A stretch of DNA of 12,364 bases, taken from NCBI GenBank assembly GCA_043779265.1, contig JAYWEM010000048.1:1-12364 (forward strand), given 5' to 3'. Under the pieces are notes generated by a model. The model searched no databases. It was not told the DNA's origin and was given only the letters and a program-made list of their open reading frames with translations. This DNA is from a bacterium (lineage in GTDB: Bacteria > Eisenbacteria > RBG-16-71-46). A program made the translations under genes and the position numbers. Shown here in pieces: positions 1 through 7,480 of this stretch (position 1 is the first letter of the stretch; the number at the start of each line of letters is the position of its first letter).

Positions 1-1
1 T

Positions 2-544
2 GAAGGGCGTCACAACGAGGGTGTCGGATGCGCCGAATCGCTCCACCTCGACGCCCGATCCGAGGTAGCAGAGGAGGAAGACCGACCCCGGTGCGGCCCC
101 GGTCGTGTCGAGCGCGGCGGGCACGACGCCGGCGAACGACAGATCGATCCGCTGGATGAGGTGGTCCCATCCCGTGATCGCGCGAGTCGCGCGTCCCAAC
201 GTCACCGAGTTGGCGAGGATGCGATCGATGTCCTGAGCCATCGGCAGCCGAGCGGCATCGGGGTGAACGGTCACTTCGGCTGGCGTGATCGTGCTGCTGG
301 CGCGCAGCTCGGCCACGACGAACCCGGTCACGATGGAACGGTAGGTGATCGCCGCCCGAACACTCACGTTGGGATTGGAGCCGACGGGCATCGCCTGGTA
401 GGGCGTGAGGTTGACGCTCTCCATGTCGAGCCGTGTCCAACGGTCCTCGATCTCGGGCTCACCGAGGCAGCCCGAGAGCCCGAGCGCGAGCAGCGCCAGC
501 GGCAACGTGCGCAGAACGCGGCGTCGGATGATGAGCGTCGGCAT
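2..544 (-). CDS. Hypothetical lipoprotein, 3' end truncated by the window edge (not in the supplied ORF track)
   Basis: Translated by hand from ATG at 544 with GGAGG upstream: MPTLIIRRRVLRTLPLALLALGLSGCLGEPEIEDRW...DTLVVTPF. The frame stays open to the edge. Basic N-terminus, hydrophobic stretch and LSGC lipobox; starts 24 bp after the previous gene's stop. Confidence 0.85.
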   Translation of the reverse strand, partial: MPTLIIRRRVLRTLPLALLALGLSGCLGEPEIEDRWTRLDMESVNLTPYQAMPVGSNPNVSVRAAITYRSIVTGFVVAELRASSTITPAEVTVHPDAARLPMAQDIDRILANSVTLGRATRAITGWDHLIQRIDLSFAGVVPAALDTTGAAPGSVFLLCYLGSGVEVERFGASDTLVVTPF

Positions 545-568
545 GGGTTCCTCCCCGGCGTTCGTCCG

Positions 569-2218
569 TCAGCGGACGAGTGCCATCCTCCGGCTGAAGG
601 AAGCTTCCTGGACATCGAGGCGGTAGAAGTAGACGCCCGAGCGGACAGCCTTGCCGTCGCCGTCGGTGCCATCCCAGAACACCTCGTTGATCCCAGCACG
701 GAAGGCCGAGTCGTAGCCGCGAACCTGCCGACCCATGGCGTCGAAGATGCCGAAGCGGGTCTTGCCGACGGCGTCCTGCGGCAGCACGAACGCGATGCGC
801 GTCGAAGGCCGGACCGGGTTGGGCCAGTTCCCGAGGAGCGCGGCGCGGCTGGCCTGAGCCACGATGCCGCCTTCGCTCAGGCGGATCGGCGACAGCGCGA
901 CAGCCGAGGCGCCGTTCGTGTACGTGGAGGTCGCCGTCACCTTGAGGACGGCATCGACCACGCCCGAGACGGCGCGGAGGTCGGCAGGGGAGAGCGGCAG
1001 ACGATGGACGCCGGCATCGAGCGTGCCGGCCGAGCGGCGCAGCAGGATCTGGCCGGTCGCCGCATCACTCAGCTCCCACTGGAGCGCAGCACGGTCGGTG
1101 AGCGTGAAGCTCGCTTCGGGCGCGGCACCGCCAGCGACCGCGAGGCCTGCGACCTCGACACCCAGGTTCCACAGCCGCAGCCCCGTCTGGTCCGACCATT
1201 CGTCGAGCGACACGGCGCTCGCCTGGCCGATGCGGGTGACCGAGCCGTCACGATGATCGCGGACGTTGAAGAAGGGCACCCGGAAGCTGCGCGGGCGGCT
1301 CATCGCATCGCGCAGTTCGGAGACCACTTGGAGGGACGGCCCGAACTTGCGGACCGAGCCACGCTGCGGCGATGCGGCGTAGAGGTTGCCCCACTGATCG
1401 GTGTCGAGCGACGTCACGACGCCGCCCGAGGCCGCAGTCTCCCCGATCCACGCGAGCTGTCCGCCCTCGAGACGCAGATGGACGATGCGCTGGTTGTGGG
1501 CGTCAGCGACGTAGACATCCGGGGTATGGACCCCATCGCTTCGGCCGAGCGTGATCGCGGTGGGGCCGGCGAAGCGGCCGCGGCCACTGCCGAGACCTCC
1601 GACGATGGCCAGACGCCGCGGTGCACGGGCGCCGAGCGAGAACGCGGAGACCTGATTGCCGCCCGTCTCGGCCACGAGGAGGAGGTCGTCCGCCGGACTG
1701 AACGGTGTACCCGCGTCGGAGACGGCGACGTCATAAGGTCCCTGGACGCCTTCGATCACCTGGATCGGCGTGAGCGTCATGCGCCCGAGCTCGGTGCGGA
1801 CCTGGAGGATGAGGACCCGATCGTGACCCGTATCGGCGACGTAGAGCCGGTCCATCTCATCCAGGGTCAGTCCGCGAGGCTCCTTGAAGGTCCCGAACGC
1901 GCTGCCGGCGCCGTCATACGCTTGCAGGCTCTTGCCCATCTCCCCGATGACGAGACGGTTCCACGCCGGATCCGAGACGATCTGGAAGTGGCGTGACTCG
2001 ACGTAGGGGAATCGGTCGTGCACATCGACCTGGGAGAGCGTCACCGTCGCGTACGGCTGCTGGAAGAGCTTCTTGCCCAGTTTGTCGCGGGCGACTGCAC
2101 GAGTGAGCGACTCGAGCCCGAGATCGGGCGCGACCGGGGTGCGGTCGAAAGTGCCCGCAACAGCGGGCGAAGCGAGGGCCCCGATGAGGCCCGTCATCAG
2201 CAGGAAGCGTCGTCGCAT
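569..2218 (-). CDS. Secreted NHL-repeat beta-propeller protein with C-terminal FlgD-Ig / T9SS type-A-like sorting domain
   Basis: ATG at 2218 with GAGGAG RBS; signal peptide MRRRFLLMTGLIGALASPAVA. NHL repeats: FKEPRGLTLDEMDRLYVADTGHDRV and FAGPTAI...VYVADAHNQRI. C-terminus NWPNP...IFDAMGRQVR...WDGTDGDGKAVRSGVYFYRL...RRMALVR. Confidence 0.85.
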   Translation of the reverse strand: MRRRFLLMTGLIGALASPAVAGTFDRTPVAPDLGLESLTRAVARDKLGKKLFQQPYATVTLSQVDVHDRFPYVESRHFQIVSDPAWNRLVIGEMGKSLQAYDGAGSAFGTFKEPRGLTLDEMDRLYVADTGHDRVLILQVRTELGRMTLTPIQVIEGVQGPYDVAVSDAGTPFSPADDLLLVAETGGNQVSAFSLGARAPRRLAIVGGLGSGRGRFAGPTAITLGRSDGVHTPDVYVADAHNQRIVHLRLEGGQLAWIGETAASGGVVTSLDTDQWGNLYAASPQRGSVRKFGPSLQVVSELRDAMSRPRSFRVPFFNVRDHRDGSVTRIGQASAVSLDEWSDQTGLRLWNLGVEVAGLAVAGGAAPEASFTLTDRAALQWELSDAATGQILLRRSAGTLDAGVHRLPLSPADLRAVSGVVDAVLKVTATSTYTNGASAVALSPIRLSEGGIVAQASRAALLGNWPNPVRPSTRIAFVLPQDAVGKTRFGIFDAMGRQVRGYDSAFRAGINEVFWDGTDGDGKAVRSGVYFYRLDVQEASFSRRMALVR

Positions 2219-2245
2219 GTGAGACTCCTCTCTCCCCTGCCACAC

Positions 2246-3391
2246 CTACTGGAAACGGAAGTCCAGTCCGGTCTCGAGGATGTTGGCCGAGTAGTTGTTG
2301 CGGTTGAAGTAGCGTTCGTAGCTCAGCCACACCGCGAACCGCCGCATCCAGGGCGACGGCACCGCAAGGGCCTCCAAGTCGGCGTGGAGTGCCACGCCGA
2401 ACAGGTGCGACGACAGCTCATCCATGCGGTAGTCCCCGGAGCGATAGCCATCGATCCCGGTCGTCGTCGCGTACTGATCCCGATAGAAGTCAGCGGCGGT
2501 CTGCGTGTACCAGCGATAGAGGTAGCGAGAGGAGAGCCCGTTCGTGATGTACTGGCTCAGGCGCGACTCGATCTCGTGCGAATCGATGCCCCAGTCGTCG
2601 TTGTACAGGCGATAGGCGAGCTTGATGCTCGAGCGCTGCGAGAAGTACTGGTGCAGCCGGACGAAGGCATCGCGACGGAAACGGTCGTCGGGGTGGCGCT
2701 CCGAGACGTTGGTGCCGCCGGCGTAGACGTTGCGATAGGCGTTGTGCTGAAGGCCGTGAACCCGATTGACCTCGGCACCCACACGCACGAGCGTCGATGG
2801 GGAGAGCACGCCGGTACCGACGATGTTCCCGTGCCAGGTCGTGCGCATGCGCGCGCCGGTCTGGGTGTCGTCGTCGGCCAGTGGGTCGATGTGATCCCAG
2901 CCGTAGCTCGATCCGATGGACAGGTTGAGGGCCTGCTCGCGCAGGTCGCGGCTCCACTTGCCACCCAGCTGCTGGGCCAGGTAGTCGCTCTCGGTCGAGA
3001 CGTAGTACTCGAGGCTCGCGGGGCCTCGCGCCAGCGACGCCGTGACCTCGTTCCTCACTTTGACGAAGTCCTGGAACGCGTCGCCGGAGATCGGGCGACT
3101 CGCGGTGGTGATGGCGTCCAGCGCCTGCTGTGTGCCAGCGGGTGCCGCGATGCCCGGGATGAGCACGCGCTCGTTGTTGAAGTGAAAGGACAGCGTCGAG
3201 GCGCCGGGCATGGGCACGTCCGCGTCGCTCGTCATCGAACGCACGCTGACCTGATCCGAGTCGGTGAACATGCGGAACATCGTGCCGAGCGTGGGCTCGG
3301 TGACCATGGGCACCGCACCGCATGCCGAGGCCCCCGCCGCGGAAGCGGCGATCGCCAGAGCCCACGGGCGGATGCGCGAGGTCACTTGCAC
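2246..3391 (-). CDS. DUF3570-family outer-membrane beta-barrel protein
   Basis: GTG start at 3391 (or 3385) overlaps the DUF4266 stop; the longer ORF to 3934 overlaps two real genes. Family-like motifs DAITTAS, STESDY, ERHPDDR, YRLYNDDWGIDSH, YRWYTQTAADFY, SGDYRM. Amphipathic strands ending in LDFRFQ; sits in the usual order after TlpA and DUF4266. Confidence 0.8.
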   Translation of the reverse strand: MQVTSRIRPWALAIAASAAGASACGAVPMVTEPTLGTMFRMFTDSDQVSVRSMTSDADVPMPGASTLSFHFNNERVLIPGIAAPAGTQQALDAITTASRPISGDAFQDFVKVRNEVTASLARGPASLEYYVSTESDYLAQQLGGKWSRDLREQALNLSIGSSYGWDHIDPLADDDTQTGARMRTTWHGNIVGTGVLSPSTLVRVGAEVNRVHGLQHNAYRNVYAGGTNVSERHPDDRFRRDAFVRLHQYFSQRSSIKLAYRLYNDDWGIDSHEIESRLSQYITNGLSSRYLYRWYTQTAADFYRDQYATTTGIDGYRSGDYRMDELSSHLFGVALHADLEALAVPSPWMRRFAVWLSYERYFNRNNYSANILETGLDFRFQ

Positions 3392-3621
3392 GCGCAGCCC
3401 CCACCATCCCCACCGATACCGCCGGTCGAGCCCTCGCGGGCCTCCCACGCCTTCAACTTGCGTGCGTTCTCCCGGCCATCCGCCTCGAACGCCATGATGC
3501 GATCGACGAGGCGCTCGCGCTGATAGGCTTGGACGGCGCACCCATTGGCCGTGATCAGCCAAGCGAGCGACAGCACGAGCAGCCCGACGAGGCGGGCGGG
3601 AGACCGGCGTGTGCGCGTCAT
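3382..3621 (-). CDS. DUF4266-family small (lipo)protein
   Basis: 79 aa; signal with ANGC, then VQAYQRERL..IM and a C-terminal REGSTGGIGGDGGGCACK matching the family's Gly-rich CxC tail. ATGA overlap with the upstream gene. Confidence 0.85.
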   Translation of the reverse strand: MTRTRRSPARLVGLLVLSLAWLITANGCAVQAYQRERLVDRIMAFEADGRENARKLKAWEAREGSTGGIGGDGGGCACK

Positions 3622-4241
3622 CGCGCGCCTCCCTCGGCCGACTGGGTCGGCGGTGCGTGGACGAGCAGGCGGCGAGTCGTGGCTTCGAGCGTGGCCAGTG
3701 CCTTGGCGTCCGAATCATGCGTCGACCACGCGACACGGCCCTGCTGATCGAGCACGACGGTGTACGGGATGCTCGGCAGGTCGAGCGTGCGAGCGAGCCC
3801 GTTGGGGCCATCGTGGGCGATGGGGAGCGTGAGGCCGAACTTGTCGCGGAAACGCCGGGCGTTGGCGACTTCGGCGTCGATCGACACGGCCACGACGCGA
3901 ACTCCCTGCTTGGAGAGCGAGGCGTGCAGCGCATCGAGCTGGGGCAGCTCCTTGCGGCAGGGCGAACACCAGCTCGCCCAGAAGTTGAGGATCACGACCT
4001 GGCCCTCGGAGCTTCGGAGCGAGAACGCCTTGCCATCCAGCGTTCGCAGCGAATGGGTCCGGAGGGCCTCCTGGATCCGTGGCGCGGGCACGGTGTGAGC
4101 CGGGGAGTTCTTGGCCAGGCTCGCGACCGGCGTCGTGGCGAGTGCGCCGAGAGATGCGGCACCCATGAGGGCCCACATCTGGCGACTCGCGAGCGAGGCG
4201 CGATAACGGCCCAGATCGGGAACGCGGGATCGGTCGGTCAC
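3618..4241 (-). CDS. TlpA/ResA-family thiol-disulfide oxidoreductase
   Basis: GQVVILNFWASWCSPCRKELP active site, VVAVSID, cis-Pro loop SIPYTVVLDQQGRV, N-terminal hydrophobic segment. GTG start with GAGGG upstream; exact start uncertain. Confidence 0.92.
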   Translation of the reverse strand: MTDRSRVPDLGRYRASLASRQMWALMGAASLGALATTPVASLAKNSPAHTVPAPRIQEALRTHSLRTLDGKAFSLRSSEGQVVILNFWASWCSPCRKELPQLDALHASLSKQGVRVVAVSIDAEVANARRFRDKFGLTLPIAHDGPNGLARTLDLPSIPYTVVLDQQGRVAWSTHDSDAKALATLEATTRRLLVHAPPTQSAEGGAR

Positions 4242-4251
4242 GAGAACCCTC

Positions 4252-6261
4252 TCATCGGTACTGGGCGCCGAGCAGCACCCAGAGGTTGAACTTGCGCTTC
4301 TCGGCGGCCGTCAGTGAGTCGGGTCCGGCCGGATGCGAACCCATGCCGGTGCGCGAACCGAGGCCCATCACGTAGTCGACCAGCTTCGATCGGCGCGGGA
4401 AGCCGGGGCGCGTGACCTGTTGCGTCATGTCCATCGACTCGCCCGACAGGCTGATGTACCCACGCGGGAAGATGCGCATCATCCGTGTCGTGTCGGGGAC
4501 GTTGGCGAGATCGAGGTTGCCGGGCGCCGGCAGCCCGGGCCCGGGTGAGACGTGGCAGGTCTCGCACTTGTTGCCGACGATGGCGCCGATGTCGGTCTGC
4601 CAGCTGATGATCTGAGCCGAACTGACCGGTATGTTGAGGTCGTGCGCCGGCAACATGGCGGCCTGTGGGTTGGGGTTCGTCGAGACGAGCCCGCCAGGAC
4701 CGCGATCCTCATGGCACCCGGTGCACTGCGAGAACTCCTCGCCGGGGCGCACGTAGAGATGCGTGCGCTTGACCACGAAGCCCCGCCCATCGGAGTCCAG
4801 CGTCGCGAAGCTGATCGGCGTATTGGCCGGGACCCGGAATCGCACCGAGCCATCGGGCTGCACCGGAACGAAGCCCAGCAGCGCACGCTTCTCGTACTCG
4901 TTCGCGGAGATGTTGTTCATCTCGCCGCCCATCGTGGGCCGGGCGATGAGGACCGCGATACTGTCGATGGCATCGACGCCACGGATCGGCCGCTCCTGAC
5001 CGTCCGAGGCACCGCGATTGAACACGTCCTGAGCCAGGAACGTGCCGTAGTCGAGGTTGCGGTCGATCGTCGAGGCGATGACCGGAGGCCGCGGCCGCGG
5101 CGCAAGCAACTGGGCGTCGTACTCGTTCGAGTTGGGGTCGTTGTAGAGGAAGGTCAGATTGCCGAGCGCGAACGTGGCGGGGTCGCCGATCGTACCGCCA
5201 CCCGTCTGCGTGATCGTGAACGTGTAGAGCCCGTAGTCGACGTCGTCCTCGGTGGCCGCCGGCAACGTGTACGAACCGACGAAGCGGGTGCCGCCGAGTG
5301 GATGCGGGTACTTGAAGGCACCGTACGGCCAGGGCTCGCCGTTGTTGTTGACCTGCGCCGTCAGCACGTCCCAGTGGAGCTGGCTCGCGCCCATGACCGG
5401 ATCCGCCGGGCCCTGCTCGGTCTTCAGCACCGCGATCGGGCCGGCGTCCTCGTTGATCATCGTCGACTCGATGGCGATCAGGCGGCCATCGGGCATCGGC
5501 GTCGCGTGGAAGAAGTTGCGGCCATGCGGCCCGTACATGTGGAACGTGCCGCTGCCGTCCGGGTGCGTGAAAAAGAGAGGGAAGCGGTTGAAGTCGCCGA
5601 AGTGCTCCCAGCGTGTGTAGACGATGCGGCCATCGGGGAGCAGCTGCGGATCGAAGTCGTCGCTCTGGTTGAAGCTGATGCGTTCGATGGCGGAGCCATC
5701 AGCGATACAGGTGTAGAGCACTTCGGCGGGCGAGTGGTTGTACTCGTCCATCTCGTTCGCGCGCGAGCTCGTGAACATGATCCGATCATCCGGGAGGTAG
5801 AGCGGATCGAAGTCATGGCCGCCACCGAACGTGACCTGTCGCATCCCGGTGCCATCGGCACGGATCTCGTAGATGTTGCGCCAGGTGCCACCCGAGGGGC
5901 GCATCGAGAACAGGATGCGCGTGCCATCGAACGAGACGCAGGGATCCGAGACCGATGCGCCGACGAAATTGGTGATCGGCGTCACGAGCCCGTCAGGTGA
6001 GATGGGGGAGAGCTTGTACAGATTGCCCGGCGCCCACGAACGATTCAGGGTCTCCTCGCCGGTGGTCTTGACGAAGACGAGTGCCTCGGTCGTTTCCTCG
6101 ACCTGGATGAGATCGTCGGGTGCGCTCTCACGGCAGCCCGTGGCCGTGAGGCCGAGAGCCAGTGACGTGAGAAGCAGCCCGAACACGGCGAAACGCTCAG
6201 GTTGCGAAGGTCGCTTGTGCATGATGTGCGATGGCCCTCCCGCTTCGATCCGGCCGGTCAT
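4252..6261 (-). CDS. HzsA-related (hydrazine synthase alpha middle-domain-like) beta-propeller lipoprotein with two c-type heme motifs
   Basis: Lipobox-like ATGC; PD40/TolB-like repeats (DPCVSFDGTRILFS, DFDPLYLPDDRIMFTSSR, DPQLLPDGRIVYTRWEH). LLGFVPVQPDGSVRFRVPANTPISFATLDSDG followed by VRPGE..CTGCHE is typical of HZS_alpha-like proteins; second motif CETCH. Start 6261 (ATGA overlap) or 6222. Confidence 0.8.
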   Translation of the reverse strand: MTGRIEAGGPSHIMHKRPSQPERFAVFGLLLTSLALGLTATGCRESAPDDLIQVEETTEALVFVKTTGEETLNRSWAPGNLYKLSPISPDGLVTPITNFVGASVSDPCVSFDGTRILFSMRPSGGTWRNIYEIRADGTGMRQVTFGGGHDFDPLYLPDDRIMFTSSRANEMDEYNHSPAEVLYTCIADGSAIERISFNQSDDFDPQLLPDGRIVYTRWEHFGDFNRFPLFFTHPDGSGTFHMYGPHGRNFFHATPMPDGRLIAIESTMINEDAGPIAVLKTEQGPADPVMGASQLHWDVLTAQVNNNGEPWPYGAFKYPHPLGGTRFVGSYTLPAATEDDVDYGLYTFTITQTGGGTIGDPATFALGNLTFLYNDPNSNEYDAQLLAPRPRPPVIASTIDRNLDYGTFLAQDVFNRGASDGQERPIRGVDAIDSIAVLIARPTMGGEMNNISANEYEKRALLGFVPVQPDGSVRFRVPANTPISFATLDSDGRGFVVKRTHLYVRPGEEFSQCTGCHEDRGPGGLVSTNPNPQAAMLPAHDLNIPVSSAQIISWQTDIGAIVGNKCETCHVSPGPGLPAPGNLDLANVPDTTRMMRIFPRGYISLSGESMDMTQQVTRPGFPRRSKLVDYVMGLGSRTGMGSHPAGPDSLTAAEKRKFNLWVLLGAQYR

Positions 6262-6848
6262 GGCTGGATGGAGCGATAGAATGCGAGCCCGATCGTTCCC
6301 TGGGCGTACTCGTAGGCAACGATGCCTTCGCGATCCCTCTGGGATCCGATCACCGTCGCGTGTCGCAACTCCGCACGGACCGCCAGGTCATTGCGGATGT
6401 ACATCTCGAGCCCGCCCCCCACGGCGAGCGCGTTCTTCGTCACCGGCTTGGCGTTGACCGCGAGGCCGGGGAACACCATCAACATCCCGTAGCCGAGACT
6501 CGCGTACGGCTGGAACCGACCTGCGAACGGATGCCGGACGATGGCGCTCACGCTGTGCAGCACCGCATGCACGGACTGGCCGGGGTTGTGCCCCAGCTGC
6601 GCCTCGTACCCAAGCCAACGCTCCGGGTTGTAGGACAGCCGGAGCGCATAGAGCTCGGTGGAACCGAAGAACCCATACGCGGGGCTGAGGCTCACTCGGT
6701 GCTGGAACGGGCGCGGTCCGGATTCGAGTCGGTAGGGGTGCGAGGCCAACTCGGGGTTGAGCGCCTCGAGCACGGGCATCTCCTTCGCGATCGAAGGAGA
6801 TGCCGAGCCGACCAGGAGTGCGAGCGCCCCGAGCGCGAGCGCTCTCAA
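6258..6848 (-). CDS. Small outer-membrane beta-barrel protein (OmpA-TM/OmpW-like fold)
   Basis: Signal peptide MRALALGALALLVGSASPSIA; barrel motifs FQPYASLGYG, LAVGGGLEMYIRNDLAVRAELR, GTIGLAFY. TTGA overlap with the upstream stop. Confidence 0.8.
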   Translation of the reverse strand: MRALALGALALLVGSASPSIAKEMPVLEALNPELASHPYRLESGPRPFQHRVSLSPAYGFFGSTELYALRLSYNPERWLGYEAQLGHNPGQSVHAVLHSVSAIVRHPFAGRFQPYASLGYGMLMVFPGLAVNAKPVTKNALAVGGGLEMYIRNDLAVRAELRHATVIGSQRDREGIVAYEYAQGTIGLAFYRSIQP

Positions 6849-7297
6849 GGCTGGACCCCGGCGAGGATCCAGCCGCGGATGGCCTGATAGCCCGTATCAC
6901 TCGTGTCGGCGAAGGCCTTGAACCCATGCGGCGTGCCGCCCGCACCCAGTTCGAGCGGTTCAGTCAGGATGGGACTCTCGTCCGGCGACGTCGCCGACAC
7001 TTGGAGCACGACCTGATCGAAGTCGAATCGAAGGTCCTTGGCCGAGGCGGGAGAGAGCTGGAGCGTTCCGCGGATCCCGCCGCCGTGACAGTCGCCCTCG
7101 GCGTCGCAGCCGCGGTTCATCAGGACGGGCGCGACATCGGACTCGAATCGCTCGAAGCTCAACGGGGGCGAGACACCGCCGCCGGGCGGAGGTGGAGGCG
7201 CGGTGGGCGAACTGCAGCCCTGCAGGGCACCCGGCAGCGTCAGGAGGGCGATCATGATCGCCGCCCCGCGCCGCAAGCTGTCCGGATTCCGCGACAT
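6845..7297 (-). CDS. Lipoprotein with cytochrome c-like domain (atypical CX5CH motif)
   Basis: ATG at 7297 with GAGGTG RBS; LQGC lipobox and Pro-rich linker, then SFERFESDVAPVLMNRGCDAEGDCHGG...SPILTEP...PHG...IRGWILAG, resembling planctomycete-type cytochrome c domains. Confidence 0.7.
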   Translation of the reverse strand: MSRNPDSLRRGAAIMIALLTLPGALQGCSSPTAPPPPPGGGVSPPLSFERFESDVAPVLMNRGCDAEGDCHGGGIRGTLQLSPASAKDLRFDFDQVVLQVSATSPDESPILTEPLELGAGGTPHGFKAFADTSDTGYQAIRGWILAGVQP

Positions 7298-7465
7298 GCC
7301 ACGATCACCTCGTGTCGGTCGTGCAGAGTGCGGGAACGGCCATGCGCGCTGCATGGTCGGAGGCTCCGCATGTCTCGCATCACTCAAAGCCCGGCCTCCA
7401 TGCGAGTTGCGTCCCTGGAAGGGCATGCCCGAGCGTTCGATCGGGCGGTGGCCGGCGGTGTCAGC

Positions 7466-7480
7466 GCAAGAGCCGGGCCA
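7466..7480 (-). promoter_or_regulatory. Putative sigma-54 (-24/-12) promoter for the cytochrome/DUF3570 operon
   Basis: Minus strand reads TGGCCCGGCTCTTGC against consensus TGGCACG-N4-TTGC: one mismatch, exact GG-N10-GC spacing, intergenic, pointing toward the operon. Confidence 0.65.

Noticed and set aside
900..935. TNGAS in the NHL protein (and other GAS words) as flavinylation sites
   Set aside because: They lack the upstream Asp and the S/T immediately before GA; likely chance matches.
3382..3384. TGA after the CACK tail as possible selenocysteine readthrough
   Set aside because: The TGA falls at the family's normal C-terminus and forms a standard overlap with the next start; the redox positions are already Cys codons.
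3392..3934. N-terminal extension of the 562-aa ORF 2246-3934
   Set aside because: Overlaps the DUF4266 and TlpA genes in other frames and is low-complexity; the true start is probably 3391 or 3385.
161..6000. Long plus-strand ORFs 161-1996, 2018-3523 and 4552-6000
   Set aside because: Antisense shadows of well-supported minus-strand genes; Arg/Ala/Gly-rich with no motifs, as expected in high-GC DNA.
4252..6261. Calling the gene hzsA or inferring anammox metabolism
   Set aside because: No hzsB/hzsC or hydroxylamine oxidoreductase-like genes in the window; HZS_alpha-like domains occur widely outside anammox bacteria.
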